Part shown: positions 13,582 through 25,138 of the stretch, in pieces | How positions within the stretch are numbered: position 1 is the stretch's first letter | Layout: every line of letters starts with the position of its first letter | NCBI GenBank assembly: GCA_002104945.1 | Contig: MCFH01000079.1 | Span: 1 to 64,000, forward strand | DNA length: 64,000 nucleotides | Direction of reading: 5' to 3' | Source of the DNA: Piromyces finnis finn | Taxonomy: Eukaryota > Fungi > Neocallimastigomycota | Translations under genes and position numbers: made by a program | Notes under the pieces: generated by a model | Database searches by the model: none | What the model saw: the letters and a program-made list of their open reading frames with translations, nothing else | What the model was told of the DNA's origin: nothing

Positions 13582-14430
13582 TTAATGTAAAGCTTTGTAT
13601 AAGTCAGTTAAAGTTAATTCAAAGTTAACACCATACTTAACTTCTTGTGGACGGTTGACGGTTTCCTTAATAGCCTTAACAGTGATATCACATGAAATCT
13701 TAGCACAAGTTTGAACATCCTTTCCTAAGGTATAGGCACTAACAAAACTACTACCGAAAACATCACCAGTACCATGGAAGTAACCATCAACTAAATCTAA
13801 AGCGTAATAATTGACTTCTAATTGTTTTTCATTAATAGAAGCTGCACCAATTTTACCTTGTTCTAAACTAACACCAGTTAAACAAACATTCTTAGCACCT
13901 AAGGCAAGACAAGCCTTTAATAACTTTTCAATGTATTCCATAGTGTGAACACCTTCTTTATATTCAATACCAGTCATTAAACAGGCTTCAGTAATGTTTG
14001 GTAAAATAACATCAGCACCTTCACATAAACGAGCCATGTGTTTTGGGAATTCATTGTCGAAGGCAGCGTAGAGTTTACCGTTATCAGCCATTACTGGATC
14101 AACAACTCTAGCAGCATTTGGGAAAGCTTCAAAAATAGCTTTAACCTTTTCAACTTGATCAGCAGAACCTAAGTATCCTGAGTAAATAGTACTTACATCT
14201 AAATTAAGACTCTTCCAGTGATCTACAATCTTATCCATTTCATCACTAAGATTTTTGAAGGTATAACCAGTGAAACCACCAGTATGAGTAGATAAAATGG
14301 CAGTTGGTAAAATTGAACATTCAATACCAGCAGCACTAATAATTGGTAAAGCAACAGTTAAACTGCATCTACCAACGCATGAAATATCATTAATAGCAAT
14401 AACTCTCTTTAAATTTTCCTTGGTAGCCAT
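13582..14430 (-). CDS. pdxK: Pyridoxal/pyridoxamine kinase (PdxK/PdxY family, ribokinase fold), intronless, bacterial type
   Basis: Motifs KRVIAINDISCVGRCSLTVALPIISAAG, LPTAILSTHTGGF, YSGYLGS, VDPVMADNG, PNITEA and the anion-hole motif HGTGDVF. Confidence 0.93.
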   Translation of the reverse strand: MATKENLKRVIAINDISCVGRCSLTVALPIISAAGIECSILPTAILSTHTGGFTGYTFKNLSDEMDKIVDHWKSLNLDVSTIYSGYLGSADQVEKVKAIFEAFPNAARVVDPVMADNGKLYAAFDNEFPKHMARLCEGADVILPNITEACLMTGIEYKEGVHTMEYIEKLLKACLALGAKNVCLTGVSLEQGKIGAASINEKQLEVNYYALDLVDGYFHGTGDVFGSSFVSAYTLGKDVQTCAKISCDITVKAIKETVNRPQEVKYGVNFELTLTDLYKALH

Positions 14431-17400
14431 TTTCTATTTTTTTTTTAAAAATCAATTAAGATTAAATTATTTATTTATAATTATTTAATCAATTTTTTAT
14501 TATACCTCTATTTAAATTGATTAAAAGAAATTAAAAAAAAAATAAATAAATATATATGGTTAATTTCTAGCCAATAAAAACTTTTAAAAAAATTTTATTA
14601 TTAATTTCTTATTTATATAAAAGATATATATATTATTTAAAATAAAAAAAAATAACTTTATTTTTTTATTATAATATAAATAGTTGGTGGGAAAAAAAAT
14701 ATAAAATAATTTTTTAATACTTTACTGCTTAGCCTTTTAAATTAATATATAATAATAACAATAATTAAAAAAAAATAGTAACATAAAAAGAAGCTACATC
14801 ATAATTATAGTTTACATAATAAAAAATATGAAGTTTTGAGATAATATATTTCTTTTCTTCTGAATATAGTTTCAAAATATTGTTAAAGAAATTAAATCCT
14901 TTATAAAATAAAATAAAAATAATATCATGAATTTATGAATTTGATAATAAAGAAACAAAAAAAAAAAATTAATAAGGAAAAAAATTAAAGAAATTTAATA
15001 TTAATTAAAGTTTATTATAAGTTTGATTGATGGATTATTTTTTATATATATATATAGAATTCATTTTAAATTCTTGGTCTTATTTAATATGCATATGGGT
15101 TAGGATTATTATTCAAAATTTGTTTTTTTATAACCATACTATTTGTAAATAGTATATAACAATTCTTTAATGAAATTTGATGGATTTTGAGTGTTAATAA
15201 AATATATGTACCAACTAATAAAAATTGAAGATAAAAAAAAAAAGAGATGAAATAATTAAAAATTAAATAAATTAAGAACGGACATTATATTATACTAAAC
15301 TAAATAATAATTTTACAAAAAATGTATTATAAATTAGAATTTATTTTAAAAGATGTTCTATATTATTTCTTATTTCTTATTATAATTAATTTTAATTTTT
15401 TATTACCAAGACTAATGTTTATATTTTGATAAATATATGATTTTATCATTTTTTCTTTATTATTTTTAATTTTTTTTTATTTATTAATAAAATAATATCC
15501 TTTTTATTTAAATAATTCTAACACAATAATATTGATTAGTAAAATTTTATATGGTTTTTGTTTTGATAATAAAATAGCTAAACTATAATATTTCTTTAAT
15601 AAGCCTATGATAGTAAAGATTATAACTGATTTTAATGAAATTTGTTATAACAATAAATTCATAACAAATTGGTACTTTATTTAGAACAGGTAAAATAATA
15701 TCATTTAAATATAAAGAAAATATAATATCGAAAATAAAAGATAAATGTATTTTTAAATATATTGTTTAAAAATTGAAAACTTTGCTTTTTATTTTTATAT
15801 TAATCTATCAATACTATTTCATTTGTTTGATTTACATTATAGAAATCTAATGTAAAAAAAAATATTAAAAAATATAATTATATACACATTAAATTGTAAT
15901 GTAAACAAAATAATGTAAATGTGATCTTATATGATCTGTATAACTATTATGATATTATTCTCATATTAATATAAGCAAACAACTGAATAATTGTAATTAA
16001 AATACTTCTTATTTTAGTAATATAGGAAGAAAAAATATATTGAAATATATTAAAGTCTCATTATTATTATTTTATATTAATAACATAAAACTAACCCTTA
16101 TAATAAGTTTTGTATTATGAAATTAAAAATATTATTCTTTATCTAAAAAACTGATAATAATTAAAATTAGATATAATAAAGAATGAAAATGCTAAAATAA
16201 TTAAAAAAAGAAATAAAATGATATTTTGTGATGCATGTAACACAAAGATATCATATATAGATATTTTCTATTTATATTAATTAATGATACATATTATTTG
16301 TGTGTGTGTATGTAAACTTTTAAAAGTATAAAAAATTATGTTTTTTTTTTTTTTTTTTTTTAATTTATTATGCTTATATTATTAATTTATTCACTACAAA
16401 AATATTAAGTTTACATAAAAAGTTGTAGTTATGGCGCATATTTAAATAGTATACTTAAATATATGATTGTCACTAAGAATTATTGTACATAAATAAATAT
16501 TATTTCTTGTTTTATTAATGTTTCTATATTATATTATTATTAATTTTATTATATTTATATATTATTAGTTCTAAATTAAATTTTATATTAATCTAAATAT
16601 TTAGTATATTATAAAAAATATGAATTATATAAAAACACTCTTTTTATTATAATATTAATTAGTAAATAAATTATTTAATCATAGACCTTAAAAATAAAAT
16701 TACATTGAACCGAGTTATATTACATTCAATACATAAATATATTATAATGTATTATCCTTATCTTTTGTTTATTAATTGATGATTTATAAAATGTTTTATA
16801 AAATGGTTTATTATTTTAAAAAGCATTCTTATCAAAATTTTAGTTTCACATCACATCACATCATATCATGTCACTTTTAATAATATATTAAAATCATTAT
16901 AATTTATTATTTTAAAAATAAATAATACTATTGTTTTTTTAATAAATAAAAATTTCTCACTATTTTTAATTTAAATACTCGGATGTAACAAACCAATTAA
17001 TAAGGATCTGCAACTTTGTATGCGATAAAATTATGATAAAATTATGACTATGGGATAAAAAACCATATTATAATAAAACTTTTTTCTATAAATTAATAAT
17101 CTTTATGATTCATATAGAAAATTTTATTATGGTAATTTTATGCATTTTCAAAAGGTTATTTTATATTATTTTAAAGTTTAACAATTTCTTTAATAAATAT
17201 TGTGTAATAATTATCACTAATTAATAAATATTTTAATTTGAAAAATAATTACATGATATAATTGTGTCATGTACATCATAACATATCATCTTTATTTGTT
17301 ATTTTAACTATTTTTAAAGTTCGTTTTCTCATTGATTTTCATTCTCTATTATATATTAATATCATAGTTATTAACTTTAATTACTATTATATATTCTTAT

Positions 17401-17908
17401 TAAGTCATAACTTCATGATATCGTTATTTGTTTTTAATTTATCTATGTTTCATATACAAAAGATAATATTTTTTATGATAATTTTTAGTTCTAAATATTA
17501 TTGGCTTTTTATAATAATTAATAATAAAGTTAATTTAATATTATTAAATAATTAGAATAATGGATTGAATAATATTCACAAATAATATAATAGAAAAAAA
17601 GTTTATTAAATTTATCGAAATATAAATATGCAATAATTTTTCTAGTTTTTTTTTTTATATTAATAGTACAAATTAAAACTTGTATAATAATATTCTTATT
17701 GTAAAATAAAAAAAATAATAATTATATAATTATTATAAAGTTGATATAAAAGTATAAACTACTTTTCTTTCTAATAATTATTTAAAAAAGATAAATTAAG
17801 ATATAGATATATTAATATCTAAAATAATAAATAATAAATAATAAAATAATTTAAAGTTAAAAATAACAAAAACAAAATTAAAGTTTTCAAAAATAATAAA
17901 TAATTAAA

Positions 17909-19753
17909 ATGCGTTTCTCTCTTGTTCTTGGTATTGTTCTTTCCTTATCTTTAAATGCTATTGGTTTACCAGTTCCAGACGAAGAACCAACTCAAGTTGG
18001 TATTGAACCAATTGCTCCAATGGCCGGTCCAATGGATGCCCCAGTAGTTCCATCTACTAAGACTTTACCATCAAAGGTTTTACCAGAAGCTACTATTGTT
18101 CCAGTTGCTCCAGAAGCTCCAATTGCTCCAGAAGCTCTAGTTGCCCCAGAAACTCCAGCTCCAAAGGCTTTACCAGAAGCTCCAGTTGCTCCAGAAACTC
18201 CAGCTCCAAAGGCTTTACCAGAAGCTCCAGTTGCTCCAGAAGCTCCAGCTGCTCCAGTTGCTCCAACTACTAAGACTTTACCAGCTAAGGCTTTACCAAC
18301 TGTTGCTGGTGAATTAACTGCTGAAGAAGATGTTGAAGCTCCAGTTGCTCCAGAAACTCCAGCTCCAAAGGCTTTACCAGAAGCCCCAGTTGCTCCAGAA
18401 ACTCCAGCTCCAAAGGCTTTACCAGAAGCTCCAGTTGCTCCAGAAGCTCCAGTTGCTCCAGAAGCCCCAGTTGCTCCAGAAACTCCAGCTCCAAAGGCTT
18501 TACCAGAAGCTCCAGTTGCTCCAGTTGCTCCAGTTGCTCCAGAAGCTCCAGTTGCTCCAGAAGCTCCAGCTGCTCCAGTTGCTCCAACTACTAAGACTTT
18601 ACCAGCTAAGGCTTTACCAACTGTTGCTGGTGAATTAACTGCTGAAGAAGATGTTGAAGCTCCAGTTGCTCCAGAAACTCCAGCTCCAAAGGCTTTACCA
18701 GAAGCTCCAGTTGCTCCAGAAGCCCCAGTTGCTCCAGAAACTCCAGCTCCAAAGGCTTTACCAGAAGCTCCAGTTGCTCCAGAAGCCCCAGTTGCTCCAG
18801 AAACTCCAGCTCCAAAGGCTTTACCAGAAGCTCCAGTTGCTCCAGAAGCTCCAGTTGCTCCAACTACTAAGACTTTACCAGCTAAGGCTTTACCAACTGT
18901 TGCTGGTGAATTAACTGCTGAAGAAGATGTTGAAGCTCCAGTTGCTCCAGAAACTCCAGCTCCAAAGGCTTTACCAGAAGCCCCAGTTGCTCCAGAAGCC
19001 CCAGTTGCTCCAGAAACTCCAGCTCCAAAGGCTTTACCAGAAGCCCCAGTTGCTCCAGAAACTCCAGCTCCAAAGGCTTTACCAGAAGCTCCAGTTGCTC
19101 CAGAAGCTCCAGTTGCTCCAGAAACTCCAGCTCCAAAGGCTTTACCAGTTGCTCCAGTTGCTCCAGAAGCTCCAGCTGCTCCAGTTGCTCCAACTACTAA
19201 GACTTTACCAGCTAAGGTTTTACCAACTGTTGCTGGTGAATTAACTGCTGAAGAAGATGTTGAAGCTCCAGTTGCTCCAGAAACTCCAGCTCCAAAGGCT
19301 TTACCAGAAGCTCCAGTTGCTCCAGAAGCTCCAGTTGTTCCAGAAACTCCAGCTCCAAAGGCTTTACCAGAAGCTCCAGTTGCTCCAGAAGCTCCAGTTG
19401 TTCCAGAAACTCCAGCTCCAAAGGCTTTACCAGAAGCTCCAGTTGCTCCAACTACTAAGACTTTACCAGCTAAGGCTTTACCAACTGTTGCTGGTGAATT
19501 AACTGCTGAAGAAGATGTTGAAGCTCCAGTTGCTCCAGAAACTCCAGCTCCAAAGGCTTTACCAGAAGCTCCAGTTGCTCCAGAAACTCCAGCTGCTCCA
19601 GAAACTCCAGCTCCAAAGGCTTTACCAGAAGCTCCAGTTGCTCCAGAAGCCCCAGTTGCTCCAACTACTAAGACTGTTGTTATCAAGACTACCAAGACTT
19701 TACCAGTCATTAAGACTACCAAGACTTTACCAACTATCGTTGAAACCAACTAA
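17909..19753 (+). CDS. Secreted Pro/Ala/Glu-rich repeat protein P1 (614 aa)
   Basis: Signal peptide [19 protein letters not shown]|LPVP. Five higher-order repeats start TTKTLPAK(A/V)[16 protein letters not shown] and are filled with APVAPE / TPAPKALPE subunits. No Cys, TM segment or GPI tail. Confidence 0.9.
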   Translation: MRFSLVLGIVLSLSLNAIGLPVPDEEPTQVGIEPIAPMAGPMDAPVVPSTKTLPSKVLPEATIVPVAPEAPIAPEALVAPETPAPKALPEAPVAPETPAPKALPEAPVAPEAPAAPVAPTTKTLPAKALPTVAGELTAEEDVEAPVAPETPAPKALPEAPVAPETPAPKALPEAPVAPEAPVAPEAPVAPETPAPKALPEAPVAPVAPVAPEAPVAPEAPAAPVAPTTKTLPAKALPTVAGELTAEEDVEAPVAPETPAPKALPEAPVAPEAPVAPETPAPKALPEAPVAPEAPVAPETPAPKALPEAPVAPEAPVAPTTKTLPAKALPTVAGELTAEEDVEAPVAPETPAPKALPEAPVAPEAPVAPETPAPKALPEAPVAPETPAPKALPEAPVAPEAPVAPETPAPKALPVAPVAPEAPAAPVAPTTKTLPAKVLPTVAGELTAEEDVEAPVAPETPAPKALPEAPVAPEAPVVPETPAPKALPEAPVAPEAPVVPETPAPKALPEAPVAPTTKTLPAKALPTVAGELTAEEDVEAPVAPETPAPKALPEAPVAPETPAAPETPAPKALPEAPVAPEAPVAPTTKTVVIKTTKTLPVIKTTKTLPTIVETN

Positions 19754-20239
19754 ATCAAAAGAATATTATTATAAATTAGAAGATTATAAGTTTTTTAATA
19801 TAAATATTAATTATATAATAAATAAAGCTTAATATTAAAATTTTAAAAATAATTAATATTAATGATATAATTAATTGCTATGTTATTAATGAAAATCTTG
19901 TATTATTAAAATAAAGATATTTTTTTTTTTTACTTTAACTATTAAGTAACTTTATTATTTTATTAATAAAAAATAGAAAATAAATAATATTATAAATGTT
20001 TCTTAATAAAAAGTAAAGTAAAATATAAAAGATAAAAATTAAATCAAATGTAATATATTAAAAAATTAAAATAAAAAGTTAAAACATTAATCCTATTTTA
20101 TATTTATTGAAATAAAGTGTTCTTTTTTATGATTTAAAACATTAATTTGATCTTTTATGTTCAACATAAAAACTATTTTTAACATTTTATAAAAAAAAAG
20201 TTAGTTAGAATGGTAATAACCTATTCGCTTTAATAATCA

Positions 20240-21200
20240 AGAGCTTACAATTATAATTTTTAAAACCATAGTATTGAATTTATATGTAGCTGTCAACAAA
20301 GATCTCATATTATGCTCCATTATTTAGTTCTAATAAAGTTAGGTTTATCGTCAATTGAAAAGCTGTAAGACAGGCCAGCACATCCGATAGAGATCATAAT
20401 TTTGTTAGCAAAGATATATTCTTTACAGTGAAGAAACAGTAAGACAGGCCAGGAGGGCCAGCGCAACCAATGGAGATCATAATTTTGTTCCATGACAAAA
20501 TTTTGATCTTTGACTTGGTGTCCTATTGGAAGTCAAATACAATTATTATACTTTAGTATGATAGTGGCTTTCTTACTTTAATTAAAAGTACTAGAATACA
20601 TTATACCCAATTTTTATTCATTTGTGTTTATTTAAACATATTTTTTTTTATTTTTATTTTTAATTTCAATTCTATTTTTTTATAGCATGTATTACAATTT
20701 TAATTAAATTAATAATAATGTTTAAAAATATTTGATGCCGTTAAAAAAAAAAAAAAAAAACAATTCTTTACAGCACAACTAATTTAGAATAAAAAAATAA
20801 TAAACTAGAATACATTATACCCAATTTTTATTCATTTGTGTTTATTTACCAGAAGTTGTTCCATATTTTTTTCAATTTTTATTTTTAATTTTAATTTTAT
20901 TTTTTTATAGCATGTATTATAATTTTAATTAAATTACTAAAGTTTAAAAAAAAATATTCTTTATAGCACAACTAATTAATAATAATAAAAAAAAATAAAC
21001 TAGTTATTTTTACAAAGGAGTGATTAGGTATCAAGTAAACGATTCTTATTCTCTATACTTAAAGAATGGAATATTAATTAAGATATAAATATAGATGAAG
21101 TTAAATCAGAAATCCTTGTTATCCCAAATTATTATGCTTCAGGGTCTGATGATAATTTCGATTGAATTTTATGGTTCTTAGTCAAATATATGTAGAATTT
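20240..21200 (+). mobile_element. Old degenerate LINE debris surrounding a younger truncated copy, plus a ~190-bp duplicated 3' UTR segment
   Basis: 20305-20343 reads SYYAPLFSSNKVR (intact: SYFAPLLGSNKAR). 21064-21150 reads EWNIN*DINIDEVKSEILVIPNYYASGSD (intact: EWDINQDISIDEVKSAILTTPNYKASGPD). About 20806-21003 repeats the distal 3' UTR and flank of about 20590-20805. Confidence 0.8.
20429..20760 (+). mobile_element. Very short 5'-truncated copy (copy D) of the same LINE
   Basis: Begins TGAAGAAACAGTAAGACAGGCCAGGAGGG (end of ORF), continues through the 3' UTR and ends ...GATGCCGTT-A18 (20743-20760). TSD ATTCTTTACAG at 20418-20428 and 20763-20773. Confidence 0.9.
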
Positions 21201-22455
21201 ACTATGACTATTCTAAATAATTCAACAGACAATATATAAAGTAACTTAAACGATCATTCAGTAACTCAATATTGTTAAAATAATATGAAATAGATAAAAC
21301 TCATAACTTTGATTCTATACAAATTGTGACATTTTTAAAAATTTAATATAATTATTAAAAATTACTTTTAATACTTTTTATTCTATTAAATCCCGTTTTA
21401 ATAGTTTTAAGTACCTATATGTCTTGATTATGCCGAATATATATATATATATTAATTACAAAAATATTTATTATCATTGATAGACATAAAATATACTTAA
21501 AACTACTCAATTATATTTACATTATATTTATATTAATAAAATAAAATTAGTCATAATGGTAAAAATTAAATTATATTAATATCATTTTCTAGTTATGCCA
21601 ATAAATTAAAAAATTTAACATATTAATATAAAAATCTATCATTTTTTTGTGTAATTTATTGAACAATTTATATTCTTTTTTGGAATATTAAATAAATAAA
21701 AAAAATAATAAAATTAAAAACATATATATTACATAGTAAGCCTAAGCATGGATGAATAGATAATTTTTATCTTATTGAAAGTATTCAATATTATAAATAA
21801 TTATTATACATATAAGGATTATTAAAAATTAAAGTATATGAAAATTATTATTTAAAGAATAAATATTAAAGTTTGATAATGTAACATTGAAAATCATTTT
21901 TTCATTAATATATGAGATTATCATGTAATATATAATTCAACCAATGAAATTCTTTATAATACGGTCATATTTTTTTGTTTTACATTATATATCATAATGT
22001 TTATCATTAATATCTTTTTTTTATTATAACTAAAATTTGATATTATCAAAAATTAATATAAATTTTAATTTAAATAAATTAAATTATTATAAAAAAAAAA
22101 AAAGGAAAATTATTTTATAACAACTTTTTTTCTTCTTTTCTTACTTTCTTTATTTTTTTTTTCTTTTTTAATTCATCATTTTCAATTAGTTTAATAATAA
22201 TAACATTATTATTATTATTATTATTATTATTGAATAGTGTTAACTTACAAATTCTTGTATATTGTAATCTTTAATACTTATAAACCTATTTTATAATATT
22301 TTTTTTTTAAAAAAAACAAAAAACATCTAATAAAAACCCAAACTATAAATATATATATTTATTTTAGTGTTTTTGTACATATAGACATATAGACATAGCA
22401 TAAACGATACAATAATATATAAAATCCAAATATTAAGTATTATAAAAAGATCAAA

Positions 22456-23445
22456 ATGAATTATACATCTATTTTATTCCTATTTATACTTTCTTTATCT
22501 TCAATAATTTCTTGTTTACCAATCCCATGTGAATCTAGTGGTGGTAAAACTGTATCCAGTATTCCAAAATCTATTACAACAAAATCCATTTCAACAAAAT
22601 CACTTCCAGAAGGTTCTTCAAAGTCAATTTCTTGTGAATCAGGATGTGGTAATTCTGGTAGTAAAACTATTCCATCTTCACCAAAGTCAGTCTCAGAAGG
22701 ACCATCAACTAAATCCACTCCATGTGATTCAAACTCTGAATGTGGTAGTAAAACTATTCCATCTTCACCAAAGTCAGTCTCAGAAGGACCATCAACTAAA
22801 TCCACTCCATGTGATTCAAACTCTGAATGTGGTAGTAAAACTATTCCATCTTCACCAAAGTCAGTTTCAGAAGGACCATCAACTAAATCCACTCCATGTG
22901 ATTCAAACTCTGAATGTGGTAGTAAAACCATTCCATCTTCACCAAAGTCAGTCTCAGAAGGACCATCAACTAAATCCACTCCATGTGATTCAAATTCACC
23001 AAAATCTATTCCAAACGGTCCATCCACTAAATCAATTCCATGTGATTCAAACTCTGAATGTGATAATTCAGGTAGTAAAACTATTTCAACTCCTCCAACA
23101 AAATCTAATGAAACAAAATCTCTTCCAGAAGAAAGTAGTCCATCTCCTAAATCAATTCCAGAAGGTTCATCTTCTAAATCCCCACCACAAGTTCCAGCTC
23201 CATCCGATGATATTACCATCCCATCTGTAGAAAATGGAAACGGTAATAATATTAATGCCGGAGGCTCTGATGATTCTGAAAATTCAGCTGAAGAAGAAGG
23301 TAATACATATGGAGATAATAATCAAATAGAACAATCAGCTGAAGAAGAAGAAGTCGTTGATGTTAATTCCAATATTTCAATTGAAGAAGTGCAATCAGAT
23401 GATGAAGGTGAAAGTATTATTGGTATTGTTAACAATGCTAATTAA
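22456..23445 (+). CDS. Secreted Ser/Pro/Cys repeat protein P2 (329 aa) with acidic tail
   Basis: Signal peptide MNYTSILFLFILSLSSIISC|LPIP. About 4 copies of an 87-bp/29-aa repeat GSKTIPSSPKSVSEGPSTKSTPCDSNSEC. C-terminal SAEEE and SDDE blocks. Confidence 0.9.
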   Translation: MNYTSILFLFILSLSSIISCLPIPCESSGGKTVSSIPKSITTKSISTKSLPEGSSKSISCESGCGNSGSKTIPSSPKSVSEGPSTKSTPCDSNSECGSKTIPSSPKSVSEGPSTKSTPCDSNSECGSKTIPSSPKSVSEGPSTKSTPCDSNSECGSKTIPSSPKSVSEGPSTKSTPCDSNSPKSIPNGPSTKSIPCDSNSECDNSGSKTISTPPTKSNETKSLPEESSPSPKSIPEGSSSKSPPQVPAPSDDITIPSVENGNGNNINAGGSDDSENSAEEEGNTYGDNNQIEQSAEEEEVVDVNSNISIEEVQSDDEGESIIGIVNNAN

Positions 23446-24281
23446 ACTCAATATATAGTTTGATTAATTCTTTCATTATAGATACTGTTATGAAAATAAT
23501 AAAATTTATTTTTTTTTTTTAAAATATTTATATGCTATACTAAAATAAATGTATATTATTGTAAATTATTATTATTATTTTTCTTTCTTTTTTTTTTTTA
23601 CATTTTCTTTTAAAAATGTATATTTAATTTATAAATTAACTAATTTTAATTCAAATAATAAAATATAACATTATTAAATAAAAAAAAAAAAAAAAAAATA
23701 ATTTGAAATAATATATATATATATATATATATATATTTTCATTTTAAGGTGTTATTCCTATTACTTTATAAAAGTGTACCTAATCTAAGGTGTAAAATAC
23801 TAGTAACTAATATTAATTATAAAATATATTATTAAATTAAAATATTTATTTATTTAGAAAATATTGAATGGATAGTAAAACTAGAAAAGTCACTTATTTT
23901 TATTAATATTTTTTTTTTTTTTAAAATAGTAATTAATATATCATTGAATAATTTTTTTTTTTTTATTTTTATTTTTTTTTTTTTCCAGGAAAGAAAATAC
24001 ACTTTTTTTTTTATTTAATAAAATTTATGTATTGATAAGATTAACAGAATAAAGGTTATTTACGTTACATAATAGTTCGATAAACTCTACAATTTTTTTT
24101 TTTACTATATGAGATTGATCTCTACTTAAAAACAAAATATAAAAAAAGTGATATCAGGATATCAGGTAGGATTTGGTGTTTACTAAACTCTTTAATATTT
24201 TCATTCAATAAAATACTAATATTAGATCATGTGAATGAAGTATTAGGAATATTTTTTTGCCATGTTGGTACATCTTACTAA

Positions 24282-24832
24282 TTTTTTTTTTTTTTTTAAC
24301 TTCCGAGTGCATTTCTCCCATCGATCAGAGTTAGCTCCAATGGTGGTTCTTAGAGAAACGTTGGCTCATTCCTATTGCTAGGTGGTTGTGACCCTCCTGG
24401 TCTGTCATACTGTTTCTTCAGCTTCGACGCTCACTTAATCCATGTACATTAGATGCATGTCGTTGTACGATATTTCACAACTACAATGCTAAGCCTCTTA
24501 TAGTCAATTTGATCACGTGTCAACCGCCCCCTAATGTTTACACTTAAATTGATTAAGGAATATTATGTGTTTTTGGCATAGCCTAAGTCACCACTTATTA
24601 AGTTCTAATTTGGAATGTACCATGTACACTAGACCCTCTCAGGCCGGCTAGACGAGTGTTATTATCATAGTAGTAAATTAGAAAGTTCATTTATACTTAC
24701 CTGAATATCATAACCCAACCCATGGCAAACCCAGTGGGAAAATCCACAGGCACTGACATCTGCGGGGTCGAACCAGAAGCCTTATGTATGCTAAGGAAAC
24801 GCCTTAACAACCAGGATAAAAACTGGAACGAC
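24282..24832 (-). mobile_element. Putative tRNA-derived SINE (551 bp) with LINE-derived segments and poly(A)
   Basis: 12-bp TSD ACATCTTACTAA (24270-24281, 24833-24844) and poly(T) 24282-24297. The 5' 79 nt are tRNA-like (TGTTAAGGCG, 5-bp/7-nt hairpin, GGTTCGACCCC). 24389-24432 matches LINE 39188-39231 at 39/44 nt. Confidence 0.75.
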
Positions 24833-25094
24833 ACATCTTACTAAACCTATCAAAAAGTAACTTCATAGAGCTACTATTGATAGAAATTATTTTAGCATGA
24901 AAAGATAAAAGTCTTTCTTTTATCTATGGAACATAAGATTTTGATGAACTGCAAATTTGTTCATTCCCAATGTCTTTATTTCGCCATTATTAATTTGTAG
25001 TTTATCATATAAGTTAAATTTTACTAAAGAGAAACATAAAAAATATAGTTACTATAATTTTTTTTTTTTAAACTTCTATATTAAGGAGTAATAA

Positions 25095-25100
<6 letters not shown>

Positions 25101-25138
<38 letters not shown>

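Noticed and set aside
17992-19749. 585-aa Gly/Ala-rich ORF and many L/Q/E-rich ORFs overlapping P1
   Set aside because: Antisense and frame-shifted shadows of a stop-poor repeat. Only the + frame has a signal peptide and the family motifs. The same applies to the overlapping ORFs on P2, P3, P4, P5 and P6.
24693-24703. ATACTTACCTG, identical to the 5' end of U1 snRNA
   Set aside because: No recognisable U1 stem-loops or Sm site follow. It is the reverse complement of the splice-donor-like 16-mer within the TSD-bounded SINE.
24754-24832. Possible functional tRNA gene
   Set aside because: Acceptor and T stems have mismatches, the loop lacks U33, there is an internal T5 run, and it lies inside a poly(A)/TSD-bounded insert. 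Treated as a SINE head.
24100-25080. Flanks of the SINE possibly being older LINE endonuclease debris (LDHV..., KPI)
   Set aside because: Only 3-4-residue resemblances and no sustained alignment by eye.
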